DNA of 64,000 nt from Candidatus Berkelbacteria bacterium (GCA_037142675.1 JBAXAF010000004.1:326-64325), one strand, 5' to 3'. Counted from the first letter of the stretch, positions 27,263-36,597 are shown. Notes: a model not told the origin generated them from the letters alone. Numbers and translations: made by a program.

Positions 27263-28672
27263 TTACCAAGTTGATTTTCTCAGAAGCGATGTAATATTGG
27301 CTGCGGCAGTATCGAGTGAGGCCTGAGAGCTCTGCGAGTGGTTATTGACGCGTGTTATTGCATCCTTGAATTGAAGGTCAACATCGACAGGATAGCGTCC
27401 CTTGTTCCATGTGATGATTGAATTGACAATATTCTCAGATGGTGGCTCACCAACACCCCTGTCCTTCAGAACTGGCGTTGGGTTCTCCTCCGGTTTTTTT
27501 GTTGATAATTCTTTGGTTGATGATTGATATGTACTAGCAGACTCAGTTGACAAGTTGAGAATAAAATTCCAGGCTGTATCAGGAAGAGTTGAATTTTGTG
27601 GCACAACATAACTAGTATATCTAGAATAGTCAACCATAGGGTTTAAATTACCGACCTGAGGGACCAAACTTCTTTCATAATCAAAGTTTGGATAAATTTG
27701 GGCAAAGTAATTTGTCAGATTAGTGTAGGAAAAAATGATTCCTACTTTTCCCTGGGCGAAAGCTTCGATGTCGATTGGCATGCTTGAGTTCCATGTGTAT
27801 TGTGGGCTTGTGGGGTTAGAATACTTTGTATAAAAATCCAGTGCATTTTTTCCGGCATAGACATCAGCGTTGGTGGTATTTTTAATTGGTAAATTAAGAG
27901 TTGATTGGCTCAGGTCGTCAGAAATTATTTTTGTTTGATTTTGGAGCATTAAAAGAGAGAAAATGTCAGCAGGGTATGAAATATTGTTGCTTGTTCCGAT
28001 CGCGGCACCAGCAATTTGAATGTTTGCGCCGTTCCTGACTGTTAGGTAGGGGATTAGAGCATCAAAATCTTCCCAGGTTGTTGGTGTGTTCTTAAAAATT
28101 GTTGAGATTTTTTCCAATTTGGCTTCATCATCTCCCGCTGAATTTTTAGCTCTTTCTTGTGCTTGTTCAAAAATTCTTGGGTTGTAATATATTTGCAAAA
28201 CATCAGTTGTTGGCGGCATGGCGTAAACCTGTTTATCAAAAATACTGTCAGAGACAACACTAGGGATAAAATATTCTGTCGGTTTAATTTTGGCGTTGTC
28301 TAGCAGTGCATTTGGTGCTGCTGCTAGTTTGTCTTTATGACGATATACCCAATCGTTGGGAATGGCCCAAACATCAGGGCCTTGTCCCGAAAGAATTGAG
28401 TTGAGAGAGTCGTTCTCATAGCCGCTGGTTAATGTTTTTTTTACATATTTTATGTCGATGTCTTTATTTTGGGCTGAAAAGTCTTTGATGATGGGATTGA
28501 AAACGTCTTCATCAACAAATCCCCAGATTACCAGAGAATTCGGTGCTGTGGCAGCCGGAGCGGTTCCACAGCCAGTTAGAGTTAATGCCATCGCAACGGC
28601 TAGTGTCGAGGTGCCAAAAATCTTTAGAAACTTGTTCCAAGCGAAACTTCTATGCTTTTTACTGTTTGCCAT
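27263..28672 (-). CDS. Extracellular solute-binding lipoprotein (sugar ABC type)
   Basis: Lipobox LTGC; LVIWG, GQGPDV, IYYN, PTTWEDF. Confidence 0.85.
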   Translation of the reverse strand: MANSKKHRSFAWNKFLKIFGTSTLAVAMALTLTGCGTAPAATAPNSLVIWGFVDEDVFNPIIKDFSAQNKDIDIKYVKKTLTSGYENDSLNSILSGQGPDVWAIPNDWVYRHKDKLAAAPNALLDNAKIKPTEYFIPSVVSDSIFDKQVYAMPPTTDVLQIYYNPRIFEQAQERAKNSAGDDEAKLEKISTIFKNTPTTWEDFDALIPYLTVRNGANIQIAGAAIGTSNNISYPADIFSLLMLQNQTKIISDDLSQSTLNLPIKNTTNADVYAGKNALDFYTKYSNPTSPQYTWNSSMPIDIEAFAQGKVGIIFSYTNLTNYFAQIYPNFDYERSLVPQVGNLNPMVDYSRYTSYVVPQNSTLPDTAWNFILNLSTESASTYQSSTKELSTKKPEENPTPVLKDRGVGEPPSENIVNSIITWNKGRYPVDVDLQFKDAITRVNNHSQSSQASLDTAAANITSLLRKSTW

Positions 28673-28688
28673 TTCCCACTCCTGTTTT

Positions 28689-28751
28689 GTTATCTCGGAC
28701 TTGGGTCCCGAGAATCTATATTATTGGATCCTGAATCAAGTTCAGGATGAC
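28689..28751 (+). repeat. REP-like double hairpin (family B)
   Basis: GTTATCTCGGA...CCGAGAATC and GGATCCTGAA-TCAAG-TTCAGGATGAC. Confidence 0.7.
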
Positions 28752-28755
28752 AGTA

Positions 28756-29628
28756 TTAAATATCCAAACTTTTCAAATAATCCTTAAGATCATCTCTTAA
28801 ATCGTCTCTCATTAATGCAAACTCGATATTGGTTTTAAGATAATTCAGGGGATTGCCAGTATCGTAAGATTTGCAACCTTTAACTTCGCAGCCATAAAGA
28901 GGCCCGTTTTTTACAATTGCATTCATGCCATCAACTAGCCAAATTTCATTGTCATTTCCAGGCACTGTCTCTTTTAGTGCCGGAAATATATCTGGTGTCA
29001 AAATAAAAGCACCTCGTTGTGCCAGGTTTGATGGTGGATTCTCTGGCCCAGGTTTTTCAACAATCCCTTTAAGTTCATGCACACCTCCACCAATATCTTT
29101 GCCGTCTAAAATTCCATATTGCGAATACTCTCGATCATTGGCCACTCTAAAGGCAGCAATAACTGGCCTTTCATATTTAGCATAAACCTCGGACATCTGG
29201 GTAATGGTAGGTGGATTAGCGAGATCGATTTCATCGGCCCAATGGACAACGAAGGGTTCGTTTCCAACCACTGCCTCAGCATTAAGAACTGGCGTTCCGT
29301 TACCGTAGTTTCCTTTCTGTCGTATGTAAACAAACTCAGCCATTCTAGAAATTTTTCTTATCTGATCTAGTATTTCCAACTTGCCATTTTTCTCGAGAAA
29401 ATTCTCCATTTCAGCGTCGTCATCAAAAAAATCCTCGATCTCGTGTTTGTGTGGATTGGTGACGATTATAATTTCTTCTATGCCGGACTTTACTAATTCT
29501 TCGACAACATAAAGAATCGTTGGTTTATCAACGACGGGTAACATCTCTTTTGGAATTGTTTTTACCGCTGGCAAAAAACGGGTACCATAACCCGCGGCCG
29601 GAATCACAGCCTTCCTGATCTTGCTCAT
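28756..29628 (-). CDS. galU: UTP-glucose-1-phosphate uridylyltransferase
   Basis: KAVIPAAGYGTRFLPAVKTIPKEMLPVVDKP, IVEKP. Confidence 0.93.
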   Translation of the reverse strand: MSKIRKAVIPAAGYGTRFLPAVKTIPKEMLPVVDKPTILYVVEELVKSGIEEIIIVTNPHKHEIEDFFDDDAEMENFLEKNGKLEILDQIRKISRMAEFVYIRQKGNYGNGTPVLNAEAVVGNEPFVVHWADEIDLANPPTITQMSEVYAKYERPVIAAFRVANDREYSQYGILDGKDIGGGVHELKGIVEKPGPENPPSNLAQRGAFILTPDIFPALKETVPGNDNEIWLVDGMNAIVKNGPLYGCEVKGCKSYDTGNPLNYLKTNIEFALMRDDLRDDLKDYLKSLDI

Positions 29629-29813
29629 ATTTCCACCCTGCTTATTGTTTTATCCATTAAGAATATTTTAAACTTAATATTATGTTTGTAAATGACTAAT
29701 ATCTAATTACTAATTCCTAATAAAATGCTCAATGCTCAAATGTCTAATTTTGGAATTTGATATTTGGAATTTGTTTAGAAATTAGAAATTAGGATTTAGA
29801 AATTGATTTTAGT

Positions 29814-30188
29814 CTAGCCCATCTCAATTTTCAGTGATTTAGTTTTTGACCTGGCGTCTTTTGGAATAATGATAGAAAGTAAGCCATTCTTCAGTTGTGC
29901 CTTGGCTTTTTCGGAGTTAACAGCAATTGGCAAAACAAATGTGCGACCAAAAGGCCCCCAGTAGCATTCTTGAACAAAATGTTGTTCATCTACTGCTTTG
30001 TGACCACTTTTCCGCTCGCCGCGAATAGTTACAACCTCGTCGGTAATTTGAACATCAATATCTGCTGGTGAGGTACCGGCAATTGGCGCCAAAATATAGA
30101 TATTTTCGTCATCTTGATAAACATCAATAGCGAGTTGACCCTCGGTCTCCTCGTCACCAACATTTATGTTGATATTGTCCTCACCCAT
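29814..30188 (-). CDS. Hsp20/alpha-crystallin small heat-shock protein
   Basis: IDVYQD, TIRGERK, ECYWGPFGRTFVLP, LKNGLLSIIIPK. Confidence 0.92.
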   Translation of the reverse strand: MGEDNININVGDEETEGQLAIDVYQDDENIYILAPIAGTSPADIDVQITDEVVTIRGERKSGHKAVDEQHFVQECYWGPFGRTFVLPIAVNSEKAKAQLKNGLLSIIIPKDARSKTKSLKIEMG

Positions 30189-30511
30189 ATAAGACCCCTC
30201 TCTATATAGAAGAATGAATTATGAATGCAGAATTGTGAATTATGGTTTACCCAACATTCATCATTCTTGATTCAGTATTCACGTTATTTTTATCCCTATA
30301 ACCATTATAATCTGCAATAATATCGCCGTCAACAACCCCCCGTCATTCCGGATCTTCCGCAGTCTTTCGAAGATGACCCCGCGGGGTGACCCTGTGGGCT
30401 CGATCCGGAATCTGACAAACAAATTTCGAATTTGCGAAAAATCAAGATCAAAAAAAGAGCGGGGCTTGTTAGCCCCGCTATGTGCGGCGTTGGACTTGCT
30501 GGTTTTTGGCA

Positions 30512-30694
30512 TCACCGGAAAATCAGGAAGGTGATGACCGCCGGCGGAAGCCAGGCCGTGATAACCATGATTACGCCGATTGTACCTGCGGTTATCCTCC
30601 ACTTACTCATCTGGTGTTTAGCTGCCCATACTAGGAGATAGCCAGCTGCCAGGAGCTGGCATACTACAAGGACCATAAAGACAAGCGGTTGCAT
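30512..30694 (-). CDS. Small two-TM membrane protein
   Basis: 60 hydrophobic aa, AAGGGA SD, follows 30707..31555. Confidence 0.55.
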   Translation of the reverse strand: MQPLVFMVLVVCQLLAAGYLLVWAAKHQMSKWRITAGTIGVIMVITAWLPPAVITFLIFR

Positions 30695-30706
30695 GACGTT
30701 TCCCTT

Positions 30707-31555
30707 CTATTGAAGTTTGGACAGCACTTCTAACACGGCCAGTGACCCGTAACCGATCTGTTGACGTCGCCCATGGTGAAACAGCAGGCACTCTGAGGGT
30801 GGTGGGTTGTTATCGTACTCAGTCGGAAGACCTAGCAGTGCCCGCTCGAGGAGTGTCATGCCAGAGCAGTTCTGTCGGACCGTCTGCCTGAAGGCCGTGA
30901 TGACATCGGCCAGTTCCGAGCTGACATCAGTTTGGTGGTCAGTCAGCAGTCTTTCGGCGAAAAAGGCTGAGACCGAAGGGGTGTAGAAGAGGGTCGAGGT
31001 CATGAAGTCCTCTACAGAACGCAGGCTTCTGGCTACATATTCCACGGTCCTCTTGGTGGCTTCGCCTAGACCACCCAGAAGGAAGTGGAGCCTGAGAATG
31101 TTGATCGAACTGGTCGGGTCCCAGTAGCTACCCGGGTTGTAGGGTGAGTAGTCGTCCTTGACCCAAACCCCGGTGCCCTTCTCGCTCTCGGAATTGGCGA
31201 TCAGTAGGTCGCGTGTCGGTGAGAGTGAATCGACGGATATCAACCCGGCTCTCACTAGCAGCCAGATGATAAACGCTGTATCCTCCCAGTCCGGAGGATA
31301 GAACGGGTTGAAGCACCAGAGCGCTCGTCCCTCACACTCATCCGGCACCCTCCTCGAGCTGAGAAATGTCAGCGCTTCAGCTACCTGTTTCTCGTCCATG
31401 TCGGTGAGCTGCGCGAGATAGACAACGATCGCCGTTATTGCGACCGTATCGACAGTTCTCGCCTCCCCCGTCTCCTTGTTATACATCGTCGTCGGCACCT
31501 GACCCGATTTCAGCTGCCCCGACAACTTTGTAGCGCCGATTGCCATAATTATCAC
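30707..31555 (-). CDS. Hypothetical protein, possibly prenyltransferase/terpene-cyclase-like alpha-alpha fold
   Basis: W.F...YPPDWEDTA motif and DPTSSINIL; GC-rich; divergent from TrmB 3. Confidence 0.5.
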   Translation of the reverse strand: MIIMAIGATKLSGQLKSGQVPTTMYNKETGEARTVDTVAITAIVVYLAQLTDMDEKQVAEALTFLSSRRVPDECEGRALWCFNPFYPPDWEDTAFIIWLLVRAGLISVDSLSPTRDLLIANSESEKGTGVWVKDDYSPYNPGSYWDPTSSINILRLHFLLGGLGEATKRTVEYVARSLRSVEDFMTSTLFYTPSVSAFFAERLLTDHQTDVSSELADVITAFRQTVRQNCSGMTLLERALLGLPTEYDNNPPPSECLLFHHGRRQQIGYGSLAVLEVLSKLQ

Positions 31556-31689
31556 TCCCGTCCAAGTTTGTCCGATTTGTCAGACAGCTAATTATAGGTG
31601 GGTTACTTGCTAATATCTATACCGATTGACAGAAATACCGAAAAGATCTAAAATTAGTCTATAAATCAGTTGTCTAAAAGGTTCGACAA

Positions 31690-32442
31690 ATGTTTGTTAA
31701 ACAGCTTGAACAATTAGGACTCAATGAAACAGAAGCCAAAACATACTTGGCGCTTTTGAAAATCGGCAGTTCCTCGGTCGGAACTTTAAGCAAAGAATCG
31801 GGCATTGCTAGGACGACTCTTTACTATTCCATTGAAGAGTTGAAGAAGAAGGGTTTTGTCTTTGAAAAGCTTATAGATCAGAAAAAGCGCTTGATCCCAC
31901 GATCGCCGGAGTTCTTGGGTAAAAAAGCTGAGAAACTAGCGCAGCAGGCTCATGAGACGGCTAAGTCGATTTCCAGTCTTATTCCAGCATTAAAAAAGCT
32001 AGCCAAGGAAGATAGCTCTTATTCGACAGTCAACCACTATGAAGGCAAAGAGAGTGTTTGGGAAGTTTTTGAGATTATTCTGCGATCAAATAAAGATAGT
32101 TTGTGGTTTGGCTTTGGTCAGAGTTTTCTTGAGAATTATGATTTTGATTATTTTGTAACCAATTTCAGTAAAAAACGCCGACAGTTTGGACGCACAAAAT
32201 CCTTTAACATAATCCCGCCATTCAAAAGTGCAGCAAAAATAGCCACAAGGGGAGAAACCGATTTTCAAGAATTTCGGTTCTTGGGTAAAGATCAGAACTT
32301 TAATGCTGGTATTTGTATATTTGGAAATAAAATAGCAATTTTTTCATATGACAATGTTTTGTCGGCGACTTTAATTCAAGGCGACGCAATCGCAGAAATA
32401 GCTAGCACTATGTTTAAAATGATATGGAAATCTCTGAGCTAA
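31690..32442 (+). CDS. TrmB-family transcriptional regulator (3 of 6)
   Basis: LGLNETEAKTYLALLKIG...LSKESGIARTTLYY. Confidence 0.9.
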   Translation: MFVKQLEQLGLNETEAKTYLALLKIGSSSVGTLSKESGIARTTLYYSIEELKKKGFVFEKLIDQKKRLIPRSPEFLGKKAEKLAQQAHETAKSISSLIPALKKLAKEDSSYSTVNHYEGKESVWEVFEIILRSNKDSLWFGFGQSFLENYDFDYFVTNFSKKRRQFGRTKSFNIIPPFKSAAKIATRGETDFQEFRFLGKDQNFNAGICIFGNKIAIFSYDNVLSATLIQGDAIAEIASTMFKMIWKSLS

Positions 32443-32454
32443 AGTATAAAAAAA

Positions 32455-32485
32455 CCAGCTTGGCAACTGCGCCAAGCTGGAACGG
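32455..32485 (-). terminator. Hairpin/terminator, repeated at 33299-33329
   Basis: CCAGCTTGGC-N6-GCCAAGCTGG plus AACGG; T tract on the minus strand. Confidence 0.8.
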
Positions 32486-32493
32486 CTAAAGTT

Positions 32494-33270
32494 TCACTGT
32501 TCGTCGACCCACCGTGCGATGCTCTCGAGCATTTGCCGCTCTGTCGGGTTATCAGCGTTGGGTAGCTTGGTGATGAGTGGTCGCTTGACTTCGACGTAGT
32601 GAAACGCCTTGGTTTCGGGTGGTTTCAGCGGTTTCCATCTCGTGGAGTGGATTTGAAGATCGAGCTTTTTTCTGGCCGACAATCCTCTCTTGTAATTAGG
32701 GCTAACCACCATACATTTTGTCTCGTTTAATACCCTGCAGCGAGAGTAGAAGTGGTTGGCAACTTCTATTGCAGACTTTCGAACGCACCAAACAACGTTG
32801 TCTTGTGGGTCTAACGCGTCAAGTACTGCTGTACCTAACCACGTGCTTCCAGAAGGAGCGTCCAACAGAACGTGATCAGCGCCAAGTTTTTTCAGGCGTG
32901 CTAGGATATCTCTAACTGAAAAGGCAAATTCCAAGTACCCGACGATCGTTTCTTGGATATTTGACCGCCACCGTTCGGCTGGGTCCTCGCTGACTGGTAC
33001 AACATATGCGCCATGATAAGCAGCGAGTTGCTTGAATGAGAGTCGTTTCACAGTGTCGTTGCTATTGAATCTTCTCATGTCTATCAGCTGGTTTGATGTA
33101 ACCGTCACGCTATCAACCAACGACAACATCTCCAGCATGTATGACCCATCAAAGTCCAAATCCACCAGGCATGTCTTTCGCCCCGCCTTGGCAAGCTCTA
33201 CCGCTAAAGCGATACTGAGCGTGGTTTTGCCCGTCCCACCAACTTGAGACACGATCGCTGTCGTTTTCAT
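32494..33270 (-). CDS. ParA/MinD-like ATPase (divergent)
   Basis: SQVGGTGKTT, LVDLD, LLDAP. Confidence 0.8.
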   Translation of the reverse strand: MKTTAIVSQVGGTGKTTLSIALAVELAKAGRKTCLVDLDFDGSYMLEMLSLVDSVTVTSNQLIDMRRFNSNDTVKRLSFKQLAAYHGAYVVPVSEDPAERWRSNIQETIVGYLEFAFSVRDILARLKKLGADHVLLDAPSGSTWLGTAVLDALDPQDNVVWCVRKSAIEVANHFYSRCRVLNETKCMVVSPNYKRGLSARKKLDLQIHSTRWKPLKPPETKAFHYVEVKRPLITKLPNADNPTERQMLESIARWVDEQ

Positions 33271-33298
33271 ATTCCTAACCTCTTCCTTCTCGCTGTTT

Positions 33299-33329
33299 CC
33301 GGCTTGGCGTAACTGCCAAGCCGGAACGG
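33299..33329 (-). repeat. Second copy of the 32455 hairpin, without T tract
   Basis: CCGGCTTGGC-N6-GCCAAGCCGG plus AACGG. Confidence 0.8.
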
Positions 33330-33330
33330 T

Positions 33331-34137
33331 TCAATCGTCCATGAGCTGGTTAAGCTTGTCTAGAGCCTCTAGTGTTAAGGAATCATCGATATTCCCCGAA
33401 TAGCAGCCGTAAGTGAGTTGCAGGGTGTCGAAAGCCTCTAATGGAGTCATGGCTTGCCTGATTCTAGCTCGAATGAGCTCCAATAGTCTGGGCTTGATTA
33501 ATGCTGTGCCTGGTTCCATGGAGTGAAAACGAACTTCGTACAACAGTGCGTCAAGGTTAGAGCACTGATGAGCACGATCCTTGGCCCCAGCCATCCACGG
33601 CTGCACACGGTTGTAAACGTTGATGACTTCCTTGGTGGTTCGACATTCGGAGAGAAGTCCATACCTTTCGAGCTGATCGGCGCCAGGTGAATTCTCAAAG
33701 ACTTCCTTAGCCTCAGCGACACTTCGTGAGTTCTTCAGTGCTTGCGTCGAAATCAAATGCCACTTGGCCCACGCTAGATCTGCGGCGGCTCTGTCATGTA
33801 CTTGTTTTGCCGCGTTGAATACCTTTCTGATTGCAGCCGTTTCAGAAAGTGCAATCCATTTTTCCAGAGCTAGATGGCGTAGCTTCTCGGGGCTGGCCCA
33901 AAAAGCTACCTCGGCCTCACTAGGACTTTGGGCCATCTTGATGGCTTTTGTAGTTAGTTTAGCCCATTTGGTATTGAACCTCCTCCTCGTTGGACTGTCC
34001 GTGTGGTGATACTGATACGTCATGCGGTCAAACTCTTTAGCGTCGGTGGCGTTATTGATAAACCATTTGATATATCTGTCTATCACCTCTTGCTCTCGAC
34101 GCTCCAGATCCACAGCCATATTCTTTTTTTGTTTCAT
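33331..34137 (-). CDS. Hypothetical alpha-helical repeat protein
   Basis: Recurring KW...A...EA..V segments; GAGGAG SD; divergent from TrmB 4. Confidence 0.65.
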   Translation of the reverse strand: MKQKKNMAVDLERREQEVIDRYIKWFINNATDAKEFDRMTYQYHHTDSPTRRRFNTKWAKLTTKAIKMAQSPSEAEVAFWASPEKLRHLALEKWIALSETAAIRKVFNAAKQVHDRAAADLAWAKWHLISTQALKNSRSVAEAKEVFENSPGADQLERYGLLSECRTTKEVINVYNRVQPWMAGAKDRAHQCSNLDALLYEVRFHSMEPGTALIKPRLLELIRARIRQAMTPLEAFDTLQLTYGCYSGNIDDSLTLEALDKLNQLMDD

Positions 34138-34332
34138 TCTCCTCGCCCTTACAAATTGTTTATCTGAAACTACTTATTATTGCACTTGTAGGGGATCCAA
34201 CAATAACCTGGTTGGATATTTCACAAAAAATAATTTTAGCGCTTGCATTTCGATCTCAAAGATTATACAATTGTGTTAACTAATATCGTTAACAGACAAA
34301 TCTAGTCAGAGGGTTTGAAAAAAGGAAAAGGA

Positions 34333-35094
34333 ATGCCAAAGATAAATTTAGAACAATTTGGGATGAGCAGTGAGGAAGCCAAGGTATATTTGGCTCTAGT
34401 AAAGCGTGGGTCGTCGGGAGTAATGGATATCTCCCATGAATCAAATCTTAGTCGCTCAACCACCTATTATCATTTGGAAGCCCTGCTTTCCAAAGGACTG
34501 GTTTCACAATCGTTTAATGGCAAGAAGCACATTTACACACCATCAAAGCCAAAGGTTTTAGAACGAATCTTAGAACAAAAGGAACTGGAACTTGCGGATC
34601 AAAAACAAAGTTTACCCAGCTTGCTAAAACGGATTGAAAACATTGCCGCCCAACAGGCGACGGATCCGGAAGCACAAATATTAAAGGGTAAAATTGGTCT
34701 TTTACAGATTCTTGACAGTGTTCTTGGTGCTTCGGGTGACATTTACTTCATTGGCTCGCATGATGTTGTTCTCAAAAACGAGAGCTTGTTTTCAACAGAA
34801 TTTTTTCTTCGTAATTTTACAGCCAAACGCCGGCAAAAAGGAAAAAGTGTTGCCTGGATCATTGGCGATGAAAGTGAAATTACTTTGCGCCAGAAGCGCG
34901 AACAAGATACGGAGTTTCGGAAAATTAAAGTTTGGTCAGAACTTGCGAACATGAATGGCGGTTTAATTGTCTATGGCTCAAAGGTGTTGTTTTACAGTGT
35001 TTCAGGAGAAGCTACAGCTTATATCATCCACAATCCAGTAACTTCCGAGATCTTAAAAGTTATGTTTAAAATGATATGGAGTTCATTGGAATAA
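34333..35094 (+). CDS. TrmB-family transcriptional regulator (4 of 6)
   Basis: FGMSSEEAKVYLALVKRG...ISHESNLSRSTTYY. Confidence 0.9.
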   Translation: MPKINLEQFGMSSEEAKVYLALVKRGSSGVMDISHESNLSRSTTYYHLEALLSKGLVSQSFNGKKHIYTPSKPKVLERILEQKELELADQKQSLPSLLKRIENIAAQQATDPEAQILKGKIGLLQILDSVLGASGDIYFIGSHDVVLKNESLFSTEFFLRNFTAKRRQKGKSVAWIIGDESEITLRQKREQDTEFRKIKVWSELANMNGGLIVYGSKVLFYSVSGEATAYIIHNPVTSEILKVMFKMIWSSLE

Positions 35095-35789
35095 AAAATC
35101 AAATTATTTCAGTTGGGTATTTTTTCCTCGATCTTATTTTCCCCAAAAAATGTGTTAATTGTGGGGAATTTGGTAGTTTTTGTTGTCAGAAATGTTTGGA
35201 GAAAATTAAGTCGATCGAAACTCAAGTTTGTCCGAAGTGTGGGAAAATATCGGACAGGGGAAAATGGTGTGCTAGCTGTAAAGGAAAGTCCAATCTTTCC
35301 GGCATCATTGTCGGTGCGCAATATCGAACCGGACCGACTAAGGAACTGATTCATCACCTGAAATACAATTTCATTCTTGACCTGTCGCCTATTTTGGCTG
35401 ATTTGCTGATAGACCAGCTCATTGACATCGACCTTCGCGGTGACATTATTGTCACATCTGTCCCGCTTCACCGCCGGCGACAAAACGAAAGGGGATTCAA
35501 TCAGGCCGAAGTCTTGGCCAAAATTGTGGCGAAAAAAGTTGGTTACAATTATTTGCCACTGCTCAAAAGAAAAATCCACAAAAAAACTCAAGTTGAGCTT
35601 TCTGGTGTGCAAAGAAGAGAGAACTTGGCGGGGATTTTTGATCCTGCTGATGTGAAAAATATAGTCGGAAAAACCATTATATTGATCGACGATGTCTCGA
35701 CCACCGGCACAACTTTGGAAGAATGTGCAAAGGTTTTGAGGGAAAATGGCGCCAAGCAAGTTTGGGGTTTGGTGGCGGCAAGGGGATAA
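35076..35789 (+). CDS. comF: Competence protein ComF (zinc ribbon plus PRTase)
   Basis: LDLIFPKKCVNC, LKY, VPLH...RGFNQAE, LIDDVSTTGTTL. Confidence 0.93.
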   Translation: MEFIGIKNQIISVGYFFLDLIFPKKCVNCGEFGSFCCQKCLEKIKSIETQVCPKCGKISDRGKWCASCKGKSNLSGIIVGAQYRTGPTKELIHHLKYNFILDLSPILADLLIDQLIDIDLRGDIIVTSVPLHRRRQNERGFNQAEVLAKIVAKKVGYNYLPLLKRKIHKKTQVELSGVQRRENLAGIFDPADVKNIVGKTIILIDDVSTTGTTLEECAKVLRENGAKQVWGLVAARG

Positions 35790-35882
35790 TAGTGAAATCA
35801 ATTTCTAATATCTAACTCCTAATTTCTAAACAAATACCAAATGTGAAATAAAAAATCTGCAAACGAGTTGTAGATTTTTTTT

Positions 35883-35972
35883 TGGCGGAGAGGGCGAGAT
35901 TCGAACTCGCGAGACCCTTGCAGGCCTTCCAGTTTTCAAGACTGGTGCACTCAACCACTATGCGACCTCTCC
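35883..35972 (-). tRNA. tRNA-Ser(TGA)
   Basis: GGAGAGG acceptor, CCAGT-CTTGAAA-ACTGG, long variable arm, CCA. Confidence 0.96.
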
Positions 35973-36326
35973 AAAAAAATTATCTATTAAGTCAGTTGCT
36001 TTTGGGGTAATTGATCTTCTGCTGTGGAGACACTTTTTTACTAAATATTCTTGTTCGTTAGAATTTAAAACATACAACCAGTCATAAGCATTAATTTTAG
36101 TTTTTTTAACGATATAGCCAGTTGAATTAGAATGAATTCGTCGAAGGTCTACTTCCCCGCTACCAGAAAATCTAACCTGGATTCTTTTTAATATTCCATC
36201 TTTTTCAACAATTAGGTCGTAAGCTGCAGATTCGGTTAGCGGAATTGAAACATCGAAGCCTAATTTTGTCAGGCTCGCTATTGCTTTTGCTACTGCGTAA
36301 TCACCTTTTCTTTGGGTGTTTCTCAT
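35958..36326 (-). CDS. PD-(D/E)XK endonuclease resembling the group-I-intron-associated type (last 15 nt overlap tRNA-Ser)
   Basis: KGDYAVAKAIA.L...GFDVSIPL...YDLIVE...LKRIQVR; 122 aa from ATG 36326. Confidence 0.8.
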   Translation of the reverse strand: MRNTQRKGDYAVAKAIASLTKLGFDVSIPLTESAAYDLIVEKDGILKRIQVRFSGSGEVDLRRIHSNSTGYIVKKTKINAYDWLYVLNSNEQEYLVKKCLHSRRSITPKATDLIDNFFGEVA

Positions 36327-36373
36327 ACCAATATTATATCCGGTATGGGCAACAGTTTCAATTAAATGATTTC

Positions 36374-36466
36374 TGGCGGAAGGTGAGGGATTCGAACCCT
36401 CGTGGCGGCTTTTAGACCACCGACGGTTTAGCAAACCGTTCCCTTAAGCCACTCGGGCAACCTTCC
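36374..36466 (-). tRNA. tRNA-Ser(GCT)
   Basis: GGAAGGT/ACCTTCC acceptor, ACGGT-TTGCTAA-ACCGT, long variable arm, CCA. Confidence 0.96.
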
Positions 36467-36597
36467 ACAGTTTCTAACCGATTCTAGCATTTTCAAAGTC
36501 GAATGACAACCGCTTGACAGCATCTCTTAGCGTCTGTTACGTTCATGGGGCCGAAAGGCGTACCTATCAAACGCTCTTGAAAGGAGCGAATACAATC

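Noticed and set aside
32408-35094. Shared TATGTTTAAAATGATATGGA at the ends of TrmB 3 and TrmB 4 as an insertion-site duplication
   Set aside because: Explained by paralogy (both encode MFKMIW); recent gene conversion or duplication cannot be excluded.
36327-36434. N-terminal extension of the PD-(D/E)XK ORF
   Set aside because: It is a translation of tRNA-Ser(GCT); the likely start is ATG 36326.
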